Shown here: in pieces, positions 53,887 through 63,772 of the stretch | Layout: every line of letters starts with the position of its first letter | Numbering within the stretch: position 1 is the stretch's first letter | The notes under the pieces: generated by a model | Seen by the model: the letters and a program-made list of their open reading frames with translations, nothing else | Told to the model about the DNA's origin: nothing | Database searches by the model: none | Made by a program: the position numbers and the translations under genes | Source of the DNA: an uncultured Bacilli bacterium | GTDB lineage: Bacteria > Bacillota_I > Bacilli_A > RF39 > UBA660 | Direction of reading: 5' to 3' | NCBI GenBank assembly: GCA_934085565.1 | Contig: CAKOHG010000003.1 | Span: 112,247 to 176,246 of the forward strand | Length of the DNA stretch: 64,000 nucleotides

Positions 53887-54198
53887 ATGACATTACAAGA
53901 ATTAGACAGATTAAGAAATTTAGTTATCAGATCAGAAATAAAGCCAACAGATTCTATAGAAGAAATGGTTTTTAAAGCATACTTAAAACATGAAAATTTA
54001 AAAGATACCGCAGATGAAATAAATAATTTGCAAATTAAAAAGGATAATAATGACTTCATTAAAATTTCTAAAGAAACTGTTTCTGAAATTATAAAAGATA
54101 AAAATAGTGAGTATATTATAAAAGATAAAGAACTTTATGATTTTGTAGAATCAAAATTTAAAAGTAATAAGAAAAAAGCTCAAAAAAGATGGGGATAA
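53887..54198 (+). CDS. Hypothetical protein
   Basis: ORF with RBS AGGAG; no motif. Confidence 0.3.
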   Translation: MTLQELDRLRNLVIRSEIKPTDSIEEMVFKAYLKHENLKDTADEINNLQIKKDNNDFIKISKETVSEIIKDKNSEYIIKDKELYDFVESKFKSNKKKAQKRWG

Positions 54199-54282
54199 AT
54201 ACAATAAAATGCTATTTTTTCTTGTTTTGCATTTTTATATGACTCATGATATAATTTTCATGTTGTTATGGAGGGATAAAAA

Positions 54283-55002
54283 ATGCAAACAACAGACCGT
54301 TTGTTAAATAGTACGTTTTTTAAAAGAGTAGGAGCTTATGTTTTAGATATTTTAATTGTATCTTTGGTAGTTTATTTATTATCATTTATACCATTTTTAA
54401 ATCCAAATCATAATGCTTATACAGAAAAATATAATGAACTTTTAAATTTGCAACAACAATATACAAATAATGAAATTAGTACGGAAGATTATGAAACAGC
54501 TTTTAAACCAATTGCTTATGAAATACATCGTTTAGAAACTAATTATGTTGTCATTGATCTTGTCGTTGTCTTATTATATTTTGCCGTTTTACAGTATTTT
54601 TGCAAAGGCCAAACGATTGGTAAAAAGTTATTTCAAATAAGAGTCGTAAGTAATGATAAAACACCTTTAACAATCGTTAATTTCTTATTAAGAAGTATTG
54701 TTCTTAATAATGTACTTATTTCTGTTATTTTACAATGTGTGATTCATTTTATGAATAGTGAAAATTATTTTAGTGTTTATCAAAATGTAAATCTTGTTGG
54801 TAATATTATTACTTATATTATTATCTTTATGGTTATTGTCAGAAATGATGGTCGTGGCTTACATGATTATATTGCTAATACAAAAGTTATTTTAGATAAT
54901 ACTCCGGCTATTGAAAGAAGAAGAGCGAAAGAAGAAAAAATATTAGATTTAGAAGCTAAAGAAGTTAAAAAGGATACTAAGAAGAAAAAGTCTATAAATT
55001 GA
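54283..55002 (+). CDS. RDD-family membrane protein
   Basis: RVGAYVLDILIVSLVVYLL ... DGRGLHDYIANTKV (R-D-D pattern), 3-4 TM helices. Confidence 0.6.
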   Translation: MQTTDRLLNSTFFKRVGAYVLDILIVSLVVYLLSFIPFLNPNHNAYTEKYNELLNLQQQYTNNEISTEDYETAFKPIAYEIHRLETNYVVIDLVVVLLYFAVLQYFCKGQTIGKKLFQIRVVSNDKTPLTIVNFLLRSIVLNNVLISVILQCVIHFMNSENYFSVYQNVNLVGNIITYIIIFMVIVRNDGRGLHDYIANTKVILDNTPAIERRRAKEEKILDLEAKEVKKDTKKKKSIN

Positions 55003-55007
55003 AAAGT

Positions 55008-56179
55008 TAAGTGTCCGATTGGGGCATAAAAAAAGACACATAGAATTACCTATGATACAATGTAAGTGCGAACTAACATTGGAGGTAATGAACTATGTGT
55101 CTTTTAAATTATAACAAAAAAGCGAAGAAATATAAACATATAACCTACTCTGAAAGAACTATGATAGAAACTTGGTATAATTCGGATAAAAAGAGTAAAA
55201 AAGAAATAGCAGAATTATTACATAAAAGCGAAAGGACAATTAGAAGAGAAATAAATCGTGGACTAATTACGATTAGAAATTATGATTGGACAGAGGGTAT
55301 AGAATATAGTGCAAGGGTAGCCCAAGATAAATATGAATATGGTATGACAAGTAAAGGTCCAGCGTTAAAATTAGATCAAGATATAAAATTGGTGGAACAT
55401 ATTGAAAATGAAATACTATGTAATAAAAAGTCACCTGAGGTAGTAGCTATACAGTTGAAGGATAATGGTTTTGATATAAAAATAAGTGGAAAGACCATAA
55501 GAAATGCAATAAAAAGCGGCTTAATATTTGAAAAAATACAAAATGGGAAAATAATATATAAAAAGGAATACAATAACAAGAATAAGGAAAAACGAGTATC
55601 TAAAATGATACCAGCTGAGAAAAGTATTGAACATAGACCAAAAGAAGCGAATACAAGGAAAGAATATGGGCATTGGGAAGGAGATTTAGTTGTAGGTAAG
55701 CAAGGAACCAAAGTGGTTTTATTTACATTAACAGAAAGAAAAACCAGACAGGAAATAATAATGAAACTTCCAAATAAAGAAACGAAGACAATAGCAAAAG
55801 CAATTGATAAAATAGAAAGAAGATATCAAGGGAAGTTTTATGAAGTTTTTAAAAGTATAACATTTGATAATGGAGTTGAATTCATGGGATTTGAGGGCAT
55901 AGAAAAATCCTGCTTGAGGAAAAAGAATAGAACAGAAGTATATTATGCTCATCCTTATTGTTCTGGTGAGAGAGGAACAAATGAAAATAATAATAGATTA
56001 ATAAGAAGATGGATTCCAAAAGGAACAGATATAACGAATATAAAAGTATCATTTATAAAGCAAATTGAAGATTGGATAAATAACTATCCAAGATTAATAT
56101 TTGGATATAAAAGTTCAAATATGTTATTATTAGAAATATAGATTAGCACTTATGAGGTAATTCAATGTGCGGACACTTA
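55008..56179 (+). mobile_element. IS30-family insertion sequence (about 1.17 kb) with imperfect terminal inverted repeats
   Basis: Left end TAAGTGTCCG...GAATTACCT...TAAGTGCGAACTAA; right end (reverse complement) TAAGTGTCCG-cacatt-GAATTACCT-ca-TAAGTGCTAAT. It encloses a single DDE transposase. Confidence 0.7.
55095..56141 (+). CDS. IS30-family DDE transposase
   Basis: N-terminal HTH (KKEIAELLHKSERTIRREINRG); catalytic core HWEGDLVVGKQG...ITFDNGVEF...ERGTNENNNRLIRRWIPKGTD (D, D(35)E spacing of the IS30/rve fold). Confidence 0.85.
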   Translation: MCLLNYNKKAKKYKHITYSERTMIETWYNSDKKSKKEIAELLHKSERTIRREINRGLITIRNYDWTEGIEYSARVAQDKYEYGMTSKGPALKLDQDIKLVEHIENEILCNKKSPEVVAIQLKDNGFDIKISGKTIRNAIKSGLIFEKIQNGKIIYKKEYNNKNKEKRVSKMIPAEKSIEHRPKEANTRKEYGHWEGDLVVGKQGTKVVLFTLTERKTRQEIIMKLPNKETKTIAKAIDKIERRYQGKFYEVFKSITFDNGVEFMGFEGIEKSCLRKKNRTEVYYAHPYCSGERGTNENNNRLIRRWIPKGTDITNIKVSFIKQIEDWINNYPRLIFGYKSSNMLLLEI

Positions 56180-56263
56180 TTATTTCCATTTATATAAGAA
56201 GAAAAAGTCTTAGTATTTTTTTTGATTTTTATGTGATATGATTATGGTAAGGAGAGATGGTAA

Positions 56264-56830
56264 ATGAAGAAAAGTTCAATTGTTTTAATTGTCATTGGTG
56301 TTGTCATTGTTTTATTTGGAAGCATTTTGATTGGTTCTTATAATAAAATGGTTACAAGTAAAGAAAATGTGACAACAGCTTATAGTAACTTAGATGTTAT
56401 GTTAGAAAGAAGAGCGGATTTAATTCCTAATCTTGTTAATACGGTTAAAGGATATACGTCTCACGAAAATGAAATAATTGATAAAATTACGAAAGCAAGA
56501 GAAAACTTAGTTAATGCGAGTAATATTGATGATAAAGCCAAAGCTAATGATGAGTTAACAAGTAGTTTAAACGCTTTATTAGTAGTTGTCGAAAATTATC
56601 CGGATTTAAAATCAAGTGCTAATTTTACTCAGTTATCAGATGAACTAGCGGGTACCGAAAATCGTATTTCAACAGCCAGACGTGATTACAATAATACGGT
56701 TAAAGAATATAACTTATTAATAAAGAAATTTCCTACTAATCTTTTAGCCGGTGTATTTGGTTTTAGTGAAGAAAAATATTTTGAAGCCGATGAACAAAAA
56801 AAGGATGTTCCAAATGTTAGCTTCGATTAA
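56264..56830 (+). CDS. LemA-family protein
   Basis: N-terminal TM; YNKMVTSKENVTTAYSNLDVMLERRADLIPNLVNTVKGY ... NYPDLKSSANF is the LemA signature. Confidence 0.8.
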   Translation: MKKSSIVLIVIGVVIVLFGSILIGSYNKMVTSKENVTTAYSNLDVMLERRADLIPNLVNTVKGYTSHENEIIDKITKARENLVNASNIDDKAKANDELTSSLNALLVVVENYPDLKSSANFTQLSDELAGTENRISTARRDYNNTVKEYNLLIKKFPTNLLAGVFGFSEEKYFEADEQKKDVPNVSFD

Positions 56831-57533
56831 AAAAGGAGCTTTGCTTCTTTTTTTAGTATTTTTTCCCTTTCAAGTTTTTGCATTAGTAAGTCCTACCAGT
56901 AGTTTTTATGTCAATGATTATGCCAATGTACTAAGTAGTGATACCAAAAATTATATTGTTAAAATGTCTTCTTTATTAGATAGTAAAACGAAAGCCCAAA
57001 TCGTCGTCGTTACCGTAAATGATTTAGAAGGTAGTGATATTGAAACTTACGCGACAGATTTATTTAGAAGTTTTGGTATTGGTGATAAAACAGAAAATAA
57101 TGGAATATTAATTCTACTTAGTAAAGAGGATAGGAAAGTTAAAATTGAAGTTGGGTATGGCTTAGAAGGGGATATTCCTGATGGTAAAGCCGGACGTATT
57201 TTAGATAATTATATGGTGAATTATTTAAAAGAAGATAATTATGATGAAGGTATTAAAAATGGCTATAATAAAATATTAGAAATTTTATGTGAAAAATACA
57301 ACGTTACTTTAGATGGTCAAGAAACGCCCACAGAAGAAAAGATAAATCCTTTTGAAACAGTTGTTAGTATTATTTTCTTTTTATTTCTTTTATATTTTAT
57401 GATGCGTTTTCCAGGATTTTGGTGGTTTTCTTCCGGTGGTCGTAACTTTAGGAGTGGTAGTTCATTTAGAAGTGGTGGTTTTTCTGGTGGCGGTGGTTCA
57501 TCAGGTGGAGGCGGCGCTTCCCGTGGTTTTTAG
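56814..57533 (+). CDS. TPM-domain (TLP18.3/Psb32-like phosphatase) membrane protein with Gly-rich C-tail; LemA partner
   Basis: Start chosen at ATG 56814 (RBS AAGGA). Signal peptide; YVNDYANVLSSDTKNYI; VVVTVNDLEG; GYGLEGDIPD; TM; GGGGSSGGGGAS tail. Confidence 0.65.
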   Translation: MLASIKKGALLLFLVFFPFQVFALVSPTSSFYVNDYANVLSSDTKNYIVKMSSLLDSKTKAQIVVVTVNDLEGSDIETYATDLFRSFGIGDKTENNGILILLSKEDRKVKIEVGYGLEGDIPDGKAGRILDNYMVNYLKEDNYDEGIKNGYNKILEILCEKYNVTLDGQETPTEEKINPFETVVSIIFFLFLLYFMMRFPGFWWFSSGGRNFRSGSSFRSGGFSGGGGSSGGGGASRGF

Positions 57534-57545
57534 AAAGGATAACAT

Positions 57546-58526
57546 ATGATAAATTTTACAAATGAAAATATTCAAAAAGAATTAACAAAAAAGAAAAGAA
57601 ATGTTTTAGTTAGTTTAGGCTGTGCGATTGTCTTTATTATTTTAATTGTTTTATTTAGTGTTTTAGAAGGAAATGAACAAGAAGTTAATTTGACAGAAGA
57701 AACTGGCTCAAGCACTAAGGCTAGTTTAGAAGTTTTTACTTCGCCGATAAATTTTGCCTATTATGAAAATGAAGACAGTGCCTTTTATATGGTTTATGCA
57801 ACAAAAGATAGAGAAAGAAACTTATTAGCCATTATTAAAATGAACGAAAGTGACTATGAAAGTCTTACAGATGTTTCTTTAGAAAATCCTAAAACAATAC
57901 ATGGTGTAACTGCAAATGTGCCAAGTGACATTAAAAATCTAGCTATGGAAACTTTAAAAGATGCAGATTTAGCGGTTGATAATTTTACAGATGGTTTTTA
58001 TCCCGTTTATTTAGATTTAACTGGTGAAAAAGTATCTTTAATGGGAACCATGGTTACTGTAAATGTTATTTTCTTAGTTGTTGCTTTAATTTGTTTATTT
58101 CTTACAATATTTGTAAAAAGTAAATATCTTAAAAGTTTAAAAAAATACTCTAAAGAGGAAATACAAGCTTTAGATAAAGAAATGAATGATAAAAATTCTT
58201 TATATTATGAAAGTGCGCATTTATATTTAACAAATAAAAATATTATTGATTTAACAAGAAGTATTAAAGTGATTCCTTATGAAGATATTGTTTGGTTTTA
58301 TTCTTATGAAATTAGACAAAGAGGAATTAAAACAGCTAGAAGTATTATTTTAAAAATGAAAAATGGCAAAAGCCTTTCTATTGCATATTTAGCTTCTATA
58401 GGTAAGAAAAATAATCAAACTTATGAAGAAATCTTTAAAATGATTGAACAGCATTGTCCACATGCTTTAGTAGGCTATAATAAAGAAAATGAAGAAAAGT
58501 TTAAAAGTCTTAATTTAAAATCTTAA
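57546..58526 (+). CDS. Hypothetical two-TM membrane protein
   Basis: ORF only. Confidence 0.3.
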   Translation: MINFTNENIQKELTKKKRNVLVSLGCAIVFIILIVLFSVLEGNEQEVNLTEETGSSTKASLEVFTSPINFAYYENEDSAFYMVYATKDRERNLLAIIKMNESDYESLTDVSLENPKTIHGVTANVPSDIKNLAMETLKDADLAVDNFTDGFYPVYLDLTGEKVSLMGTMVTVNVIFLVVALICLFLTIFVKSKYLKSLKKYSKEEIQALDKEMNDKNSLYYESAHLYLTNKNIIDLTRSIKVIPYEDIVWFYSYEIRQRGIKTARSIILKMKNGKSLSIAYLASIGKKNNQTYEEIFKMIEQHCPHALVGYNKENEEKFKSLNLKS

Positions 58527-58818
58527 TGATTTGGTCAAAGTATAAATAAGTCTTATCTTTAAAATAAATTTTAGGAGGAACAAGTTTTACAACAGTTCCT
58601 TTTTTTTGATAGAAATATCCTTCACGGTAGAAGATAAGAATGATAATTTCCCCACTGTGAAAAAAGTTTAAAAGTTTGGTTTCAATATCCATTTTTTCAT
58701 CTTCACTTAAAAGAGGTTTTTCATGGTAACTTCTTTTTCTATTTAATTCACTTAAAACTTCTTTTGTTTTGTAAAGAGATTCAAAAGCATGCCATTTAGT
58801 ATCTTCTAATCTAGACAT
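58510..58818 (-). CDS. YolD-like small protein (putative UmuD-like accessory partner of the Y-family polymerase)
   Basis: 102 aa. It is co-oriented with the Y-family polymerase gene, lies immediately 3' of it and overlaps it by 8 nt. Confidence 0.45.
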   Translation of the reverse strand: MSRLEDTKWHAFESLYKTKEVLSELNRKRSYHEKPLLSEDEKMDIETKLLNFFHSGEIIILIFYREGYFYQKKGTVVKLVPPKIYFKDKTYLYFDQIIKILN

Positions 58819-60058
58819 GATGACCTCCTAATTTTTGATTTTGTTCTTTTTCCGTAGAGTGAGAAAGAAGACTAGTAGCATATAAAAGACTATTTTTTCC
58901 AAATTTTTGATGAACAATATCTAAGGTTTTCATTAATTTTTCATCATTTAATTTTCTTTCATAAAACAAATCTAATTGAATACCTTTTTTGCTTTCTAAT
59001 CTTCCTAAGTGCAAACCTATTTTTCGAATGGGCATATCCATTTCATAATATCTATCGAATAAGGCTTTAAAATTTAAAAATAAAATTTCTTCATTATCTG
59101 TTTTTTCATCCAAAAGTAAAGAATGCGAAAATCCGCCTCCTAAGACTTTCGAATAAGAACAAAAAAGAGTAATATTTTGACATTCAAGATTTTTAAGACG
59201 TAATTTTTCCGTTAAATGTCCGAGCATTTCTTTTATGATAAGGAGACACTCTTCATTGTAATAATCTTTATATAAAACTTGGCTATGTCCTAGTGATTTT
59301 TGGGGAGGTGCTTTTATATTTTTGATAATCGTATTATCAATCCCATTGGCATGTTCAAAAAGTAAAAGACCCATTTTACCAAAATTTTTTTGTAATCTTT
59401 TAGGGGATGTGTGTGCTAAATCATAGATAGAATGAATATTCATGTTTAAAAGTCTTTTTTCTAAACGTTTACCAATTTGCCAAACTGAAGAAAGGTCAGT
59501 GATAGACCATAATTTAGTTGGAATATCTTCATAAGTCCAATAAGCAATATTGCTTTTCTTTTTCTTGGCTTCGATATCCATGGCAAGTTTCGCAAGAAGC
59601 ATATTAGGCCCAATGCCACAGGTAGCTACTAGTTTGGTTTTTTCAAAAATTGTTTTTAAAATATCCTCGGCTAATTGTTCTTCGTCCTTTTGATAATAAT
59701 CTAAATAATCAGTGACATCTAAAAAACATTCGTCAATAGAGTAAATGTGCAAATCTTCTTCACTTACATAATCAAGATAAATGTTAATAATTTCTTTTGA
59801 TTTTTCAACGTATCTTTTCATTCGAGGGTTAACAACAAAGTAAGAAATATCTTTAGGAATGTCATAAAGTCGCATTCTTCCCTTTAATCCTAAACTTTTA
59901 AGATAAGGTGTCACGGCTAAAGAAATCGCTTCTTTACGTTGTTTAATACTTGCGACGACTAAAGGAGTTTTAAAAGCATCTAAGCCTCTATCAACACATT
60001 CCACAAAGGCAAAAAAAGATTTTAAATCAATACACAATATCTTTCTATCTATTAGCAT
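58811..60058 (-). CDS. Y-family translesion DNA polymerase (UmuC/DinB-like)
   Basis: N-terminus ILCIDLKSFFAFVECVDRGLDAFKTPLVVAS (catalytic Asp in the DLKSFFA context), SIDECFLDVTD, and little-finger region; 415 aa. Confidence 0.85.
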   Translation of the reverse strand: MLIDRKILCIDLKSFFAFVECVDRGLDAFKTPLVVASIKQRKEAISLAVTPYLKSLGLKGRMRLYDIPKDISYFVVNPRMKRYVEKSKEIINIYLDYVSEEDLHIYSIDECFLDVTDYLDYYQKDEEQLAEDILKTIFEKTKLVATCGIGPNMLLAKLAMDIEAKKKKSNIAYWTYEDIPTKLWSITDLSSVWQIGKRLEKRLLNMNIHSIYDLAHTSPKRLQKNFGKMGLLLFEHANGIDNTIIKNIKAPPQKSLGHSQVLYKDYYNEECLLIIKEMLGHLTEKLRLKNLECQNITLFCSYSKVLGGGFSHSLLLDEKTDNEEILFLNFKALFDRYYEMDMPIRKIGLHLGRLESKKGIQLDLFYERKLNDEKLMKTLDIVHQKFGKNSLLYATSLLSHSTEKEQNQKLGGHHV

Positions 60059-60214
60059 AAAAAATCCTCCTTAAAACATTTGTTTGTATTATAACAATCT
60101 GCCTAATTTGATAACAATGGATATTTTTGGTAAATTTGTTTTCATTCGACAATTTTTGATTGCAATGCCTTTTTCTTTTTGATAGAATGTTAAAAGTTAA
60201 AGGAAAGTGAAAAA

Positions 60215-60856
60215 ATGGAAAAGGTAAGTCGTAGTCGTATTTGTTTTGTATTATTAGTAATTGCTGCTTTTGTTTTTATGACAGCAGGTTGTGAAAAGAA
60301 AGATTTAACGAAAGGAACTATTGAAGGATATTCTTATGAAGAAACTGATGAAGTTACTTCATATGTTAAAATTGTAACTGGTAAAGATGAAGTGATTTTA
60401 TTAGAACTTTATCCAGAAGTTGCTCCTCTTACGGTGCAAAATTTCCAAAAATTGGTTCAAGAAAAATTTTATGATGGTCTTACTTTCCATCGGGTTATTG
60501 AAGGTTTTATGATCCAAACGGGAGATCCACTAGGAAATGGTACCGGTGGAAGTGATACCACTATCAAAGGAGAATTTTCCAAAAATGGTGTTCAAAATGA
60601 TTTAAAACATGAAAAAGGAGTAGTTTCTATGGCTAGAAGTTCTGACATGGATTCGGCTTCAAGTCAATTTTTCATTTGTTCAGATACCAATGAATCCGTT
60701 TCTAGTTTAGATGGTAGTTATGCTGCTTTTGGTAAAACCATTGCCGGTTTAGATGTCGTAGAAAGAATTTCTAAAGTGCAAACAGATAGTAATGATAAAC
60801 CATTAAAAACAGAAAAAATGAAAAGTGTTCGTTTTGTAAAAGTAGAAAAAAATTAG
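60215..60856 (+). CDS. Cyclophilin-type peptidyl-prolyl cis-trans isomerase lipoprotein
   Basis: Lipobox FMTAG|C; FHRVIEGFMIQTGDP cyclophilin signature. Confidence 0.85.
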   Translation: MEKVSRSRICFVLLVIAAFVFMTAGCEKKDLTKGTIEGYSYEETDEVTSYVKIVTGKDEVILLELYPEVAPLTVQNFQKLVQEKFYDGLTFHRVIEGFMIQTGDPLGNGTGGSDTTIKGEFSKNGVQNDLKHEKGVVSMARSSDMDSASSQFFICSDTNESVSSLDGSYAAFGKTIAGLDVVERISKVQTDSNDKPLKTEKMKSVRFVKVEKN

Positions 60857-60932
60857 GTATTAGCATAAAGTTAATATCTTTTTTTATATCTTGACTTAGA
60901 GTGTACTCTAGGTTATATAATGAGTTAGGAAG

Positions 60933-61319
60933 GTGAGGAAAGTGACCAGTAAAGAAGTTTGTCTTAAATATAATGTATCCAATTATACTTTACATTATTA
61001 TGAAAAAGAGGGTTTAATTGGGCCTATTAAGAAAAATAAAAGTGATCATCGCATCTATTCGGAAACTGATTTGAAAAGATTAGAATTTATTTTATGTATG
61101 CGTAAAGCAAAGATTTCGATTAAAACATTAAAAGAGTATATTTTACTTTATGAAAAAGGAGAAAAAACGAAAGAAAAACGTTTAGAACTTTTGCAAAATG
61201 AATTAAATACTTTAGAAGAAAAAATAAAAGATATGAATGAGGCGAAGGATTATTTGACTTATAAAATAAAATTATATGAGCAAGATAAACTTGAGGAAAT
61301 ATTAAAGGAGAATGTATGA
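60933..61319 (+). CDS. MerR-family transcriptional regulator
   Basis: N-terminal HTH_MerR (VSNYTLHYYEKEGLIGP...RIYSETDLKRLEFILCMRKAKISIKTLKEY) and coiled-coil C-terminus. Confidence 0.75.
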   Translation: MRKVTSKEVCLKYNVSNYTLHYYEKEGLIGPIKKNKSDHRIYSETDLKRLEFILCMRKAKISIKTLKEYILLYEKGEKTKEKRLELLQNELNTLEEKIKDMNEAKDYLTYKIKLYEQDKLEEILKENV

Positions 61320-61789
61320 AAAATTTAATTGTTTATTATTCCTACACAGGAAATACTAAAAAAGTTGCAGAAGAAATAGCTAAAAAAGTAAATGGAACGT
61401 TATGTCCGTTAACATTAAAAGAAGATTATACAAAGGACTATGATGCTTTGGTAAATGAAATGGAAAGTAGTAATAATGAAAATAATCAACCAGAGTTAAA
61501 AGATTTAAATGTTTCTTTAGATGAATTTGATCGTGTCTTTGTCCTTACACCTGTTTGGTGGTACACGTTAAGTCGTCCTGTTAATACTTTTTTACATCAA
61601 AATAATTTGGAAGGTAAAGAAGTGGTTTTGATAAGTACTAATGCAGGATGGCTTGGTGAAACTTTTGAAAATATGGAAAAATTAATAAAAGGAAAAGTTC
61701 TTGGCACTATCAATTGTGTATTTAACAATGACGTTTGGCAAAATAAAGATGAGGTAGATAGTAAACTTCAAACCTTGCATTTAATTTAA
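61316..61789 (+). CDS. Flavodoxin-like protein
   Basis: LIVYYSYTGNTKKVAEEIAK (FMN-binding T/S-x-T-G-x-T motif); ATGA-coupled to merR. Confidence 0.65.
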   Translation: MKNLIVYYSYTGNTKKVAEEIAKKVNGTLCPLTLKEDYTKDYDALVNEMESSNNENNQPELKDLNVSLDEFDRVFVLTPVWWYTLSRPVNTFLHQNNLEGKEVVLISTNAGWLGETFENMEKLIKGKVLGTINCVFNNDVWQNKDEVDSKLQTLHLI

Positions 61790-61850
61790 CTTGCAAGAAA
61801 TAAAAAAACATTTTATGATACTTATATAGTAAGAAAGGAAGATATTTATT

Positions 61851-62720
61851 ATGGAAAAGGCAAAAGTTTATTTTACAAAGGAAATTACACCAGAAAGCTT
61901 AGTACGTTTATATGATGCTTTAGGCGTTCATTTAGATGAAAATGTAGCAGTAAAACTTCATTCAGGAGAAGAAGGTAATCAAAATTATTTACGTCCTGAG
62001 TTTTTAAAACCTATTATTGAACATGTAAATGGTACGGTTGTTGAATGTAATACTGCCTATGATGGTGCTCGTAATACTACGGAAAAACACGAGAAATTAT
62101 TAGAAAATCATGGTTGGAGTAAATATTTCAAAGTTGATTTATTAGATGCGGAAGGACCAGATAAAGAATTATCTATTCCCGATGGTTTTCAAATTAAAAA
62201 AGACTATGTTGGGAAAGACATTGATAATTATGATTCTATGCTTGTTTTATCCCATTTTAAAGGACACCCAATGGGTGGTTATGGAGGAGCTTTAAAACAA
62301 CTTTCTATTGGTATTGCATCTAGTTATGGTAAAGCTTATATCCATGGAGCAGGGGATCCAGATAAACTTTGGACAGCTCCACATGATGATTTTCTAGAAA
62401 GTATGGCGGACGCAGCTTATGCTGTTCATACAAAATTTAAAGATCATGTTGTCTATTTAAATGTTATGAAAAATATGAGTGTGGATTGTGATTGTTGTGC
62501 AGTTGCGGAAGATCCTTGTTTGAAAGATATTGGTGTTTTAATTAGTACTGATCCAATTGCTATTGATAAAGCTTGTCTTGATCTTGTTAATTCTTCTAAT
62601 GATGAAGGAGTTGCTCATTTTATGGAAAGAGTAAATTCAAGAAATGGCTTTCATACTATTGAAACGGCTGTTAAACATGGTTTTGGCACTACTGATTATG
62701 AATTAATAAATATTGACTAG
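61851..62720 (+). CDS. DUF362-domain protein
   Basis: N-terminal pattern KVYFTKEITPESL...KLHSGEEGNQNYLRPEF and a CDCC...C cysteine cluster typical of DUF362. Confidence 0.5.
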   Translation: MEKAKVYFTKEITPESLVRLYDALGVHLDENVAVKLHSGEEGNQNYLRPEFLKPIIEHVNGTVVECNTAYDGARNTTEKHEKLLENHGWSKYFKVDLLDAEGPDKELSIPDGFQIKKDYVGKDIDNYDSMLVLSHFKGHPMGGYGGALKQLSIGIASSYGKAYIHGAGDPDKLWTAPHDDFLESMADAAYAVHTKFKDHVVYLNVMKNMSVDCDCCAVAEDPCLKDIGVLISTDPIAIDKACLDLVNSSNDEGVAHFMERVNSRNGFHTIETAVKHGFGTTDYELINID

Positions 62721-62765
62721 AAAAAAAGCCGTTTAGCTATAAAGTTAACGACTTTTTTTGTGTCT

Positions 62766-63608
62766 TTAAATTTCAGTTTTTTGTAAATTTAAAATTTCTT
62801 CTTTTGATAATTCAGTAACTTTTTGAATAATTTCTAAGGAGACATTTTCAAGTAACATATTTTTTGCAACTATTATTTTTTCTTCTTTTTTGCCGGCCTC
62901 ATTAGCTTCTTTAAGTTCAGTATTATGGCATTTTTCTTCATCTTCTTCTTTGGTCATATAACTAAAAAATTCTGGGTCTTCATTTACTTTCTTAACTTCA
63001 TTCATAAATTTCATTACCTTTCTATCATTTGACAATTTTGCCAAGTCTTCTTCATTTAAATCAAGCATAATTAAATACTTGAATTTCTGAATGTTTACTT
63101 CGTCTTTAGCATACCAATAATTTAAGACTTTGTCCATATTCCATTCCACAATTTTAAAGTTACGAACAAAGTTTTTCTCACCATCATTCAAAGTATAAAT
63201 CCGACATATTTTATTATCTTTCTTATTCATACCATAAGTGAGATTTAATTGAATAATTAAAGTATCTTCACTATAACTATCACCTTTTAAAGTATATCTA
63301 CTATAAACGTTACATAAAAAGGCTAAGTTTCTGGTATGAAGATAATCTTTAGGTTCTGAATTAATCTCAATACCAATATAACCTTCACTCGTTTTTAAAA
63401 GCAAATCACAATACTTTTTACGAGTATTAATATTCCCTTGAAGGGTTTCTACATTAAGTCTTTGAATTTCATAGACTTTAAGGTTTAAAGTAAGCTCTAG
63501 TAAAGCTACTAATAAATCCTCATTTTCTTCTTTTAAAAATACTTCTTTAAATGTTCTGTCGTAACGACAACTGTAAAATTTTTTTGTTTCTTCTAATTCT
63601 CTTATCAT
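62766..63608 (-). CDS. Rpn-family (YhgA-like, PD-(D/E)xK) recombination-promoting nuclease / putative transposase
   Basis: N-terminal DRTFKEVFLKEEN (D-x-x-FK-x-hF motif); C-terminal EKCHNTELKEANEAGKKEEKII...LSKEEILNLQK domain. Confidence 0.6.
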   Translation of the reverse strand: MIRELEETKKFYSCRYDRTFKEVFLKEENEDLLVALLELTLNLKVYEIQRLNVETLQGNINTRKKYCDLLLKTSEGYIGIEINSEPKDYLHTRNLAFLCNVYSRYTLKGDSYSEDTLIIQLNLTYGMNKKDNKICRIYTLNDGEKNFVRNFKIVEWNMDKVLNYWYAKDEVNIQKFKYLIMLDLNEEDLAKLSNDRKVMKFMNEVKKVNEDPEFFSYMTKEEDEEKCHNTELKEANEAGKKEEKIIVAKNMLLENVSLEIIQKVTELSKEEILNLQKTEI

Positions 63609-63772
63609 GTCTAGTGTCCTCTTCTAAGAAAGATAATTTTGCTAGCTTTAAATTATCCTTCTACTTATATATACAAGAAAAATCTTCGATTTCCTTTTTT
63701 TTATGTGTAATTTGTCAAAAAAAATTTAATAAATAAAAAAATAAGCACCTTTAATGCTTACTTTTCATGAGT

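Noticed and set aside
53865-54059. Minus-strand ORF 53865..54059 and other short antisense ORFs (26146..26394, 26744..26947, 30904..31089, 32404..32616, 33169..33375, 37551..37772, 41480..41668, 42229..42609, 42750..43175, 43473..43769, 46660..46884, 50016..50216, 51799..52023, 55376..55952, 22563..22754, 63551..63736)
   Set aside because: Each overlaps a longer, motif-supported gene on the other strand or frame, or spans an intergenic terminator. None has a plausible RBS or promoter.
60059-60120. Near-palindrome TTTGTATTATAACAA upstream of the Y-family polymerase as a possible operator
   Set aside because: It is not self-complementary when checked base by base, and it contains a TATAAT-like core, so it is more likely a promoter -10 region.
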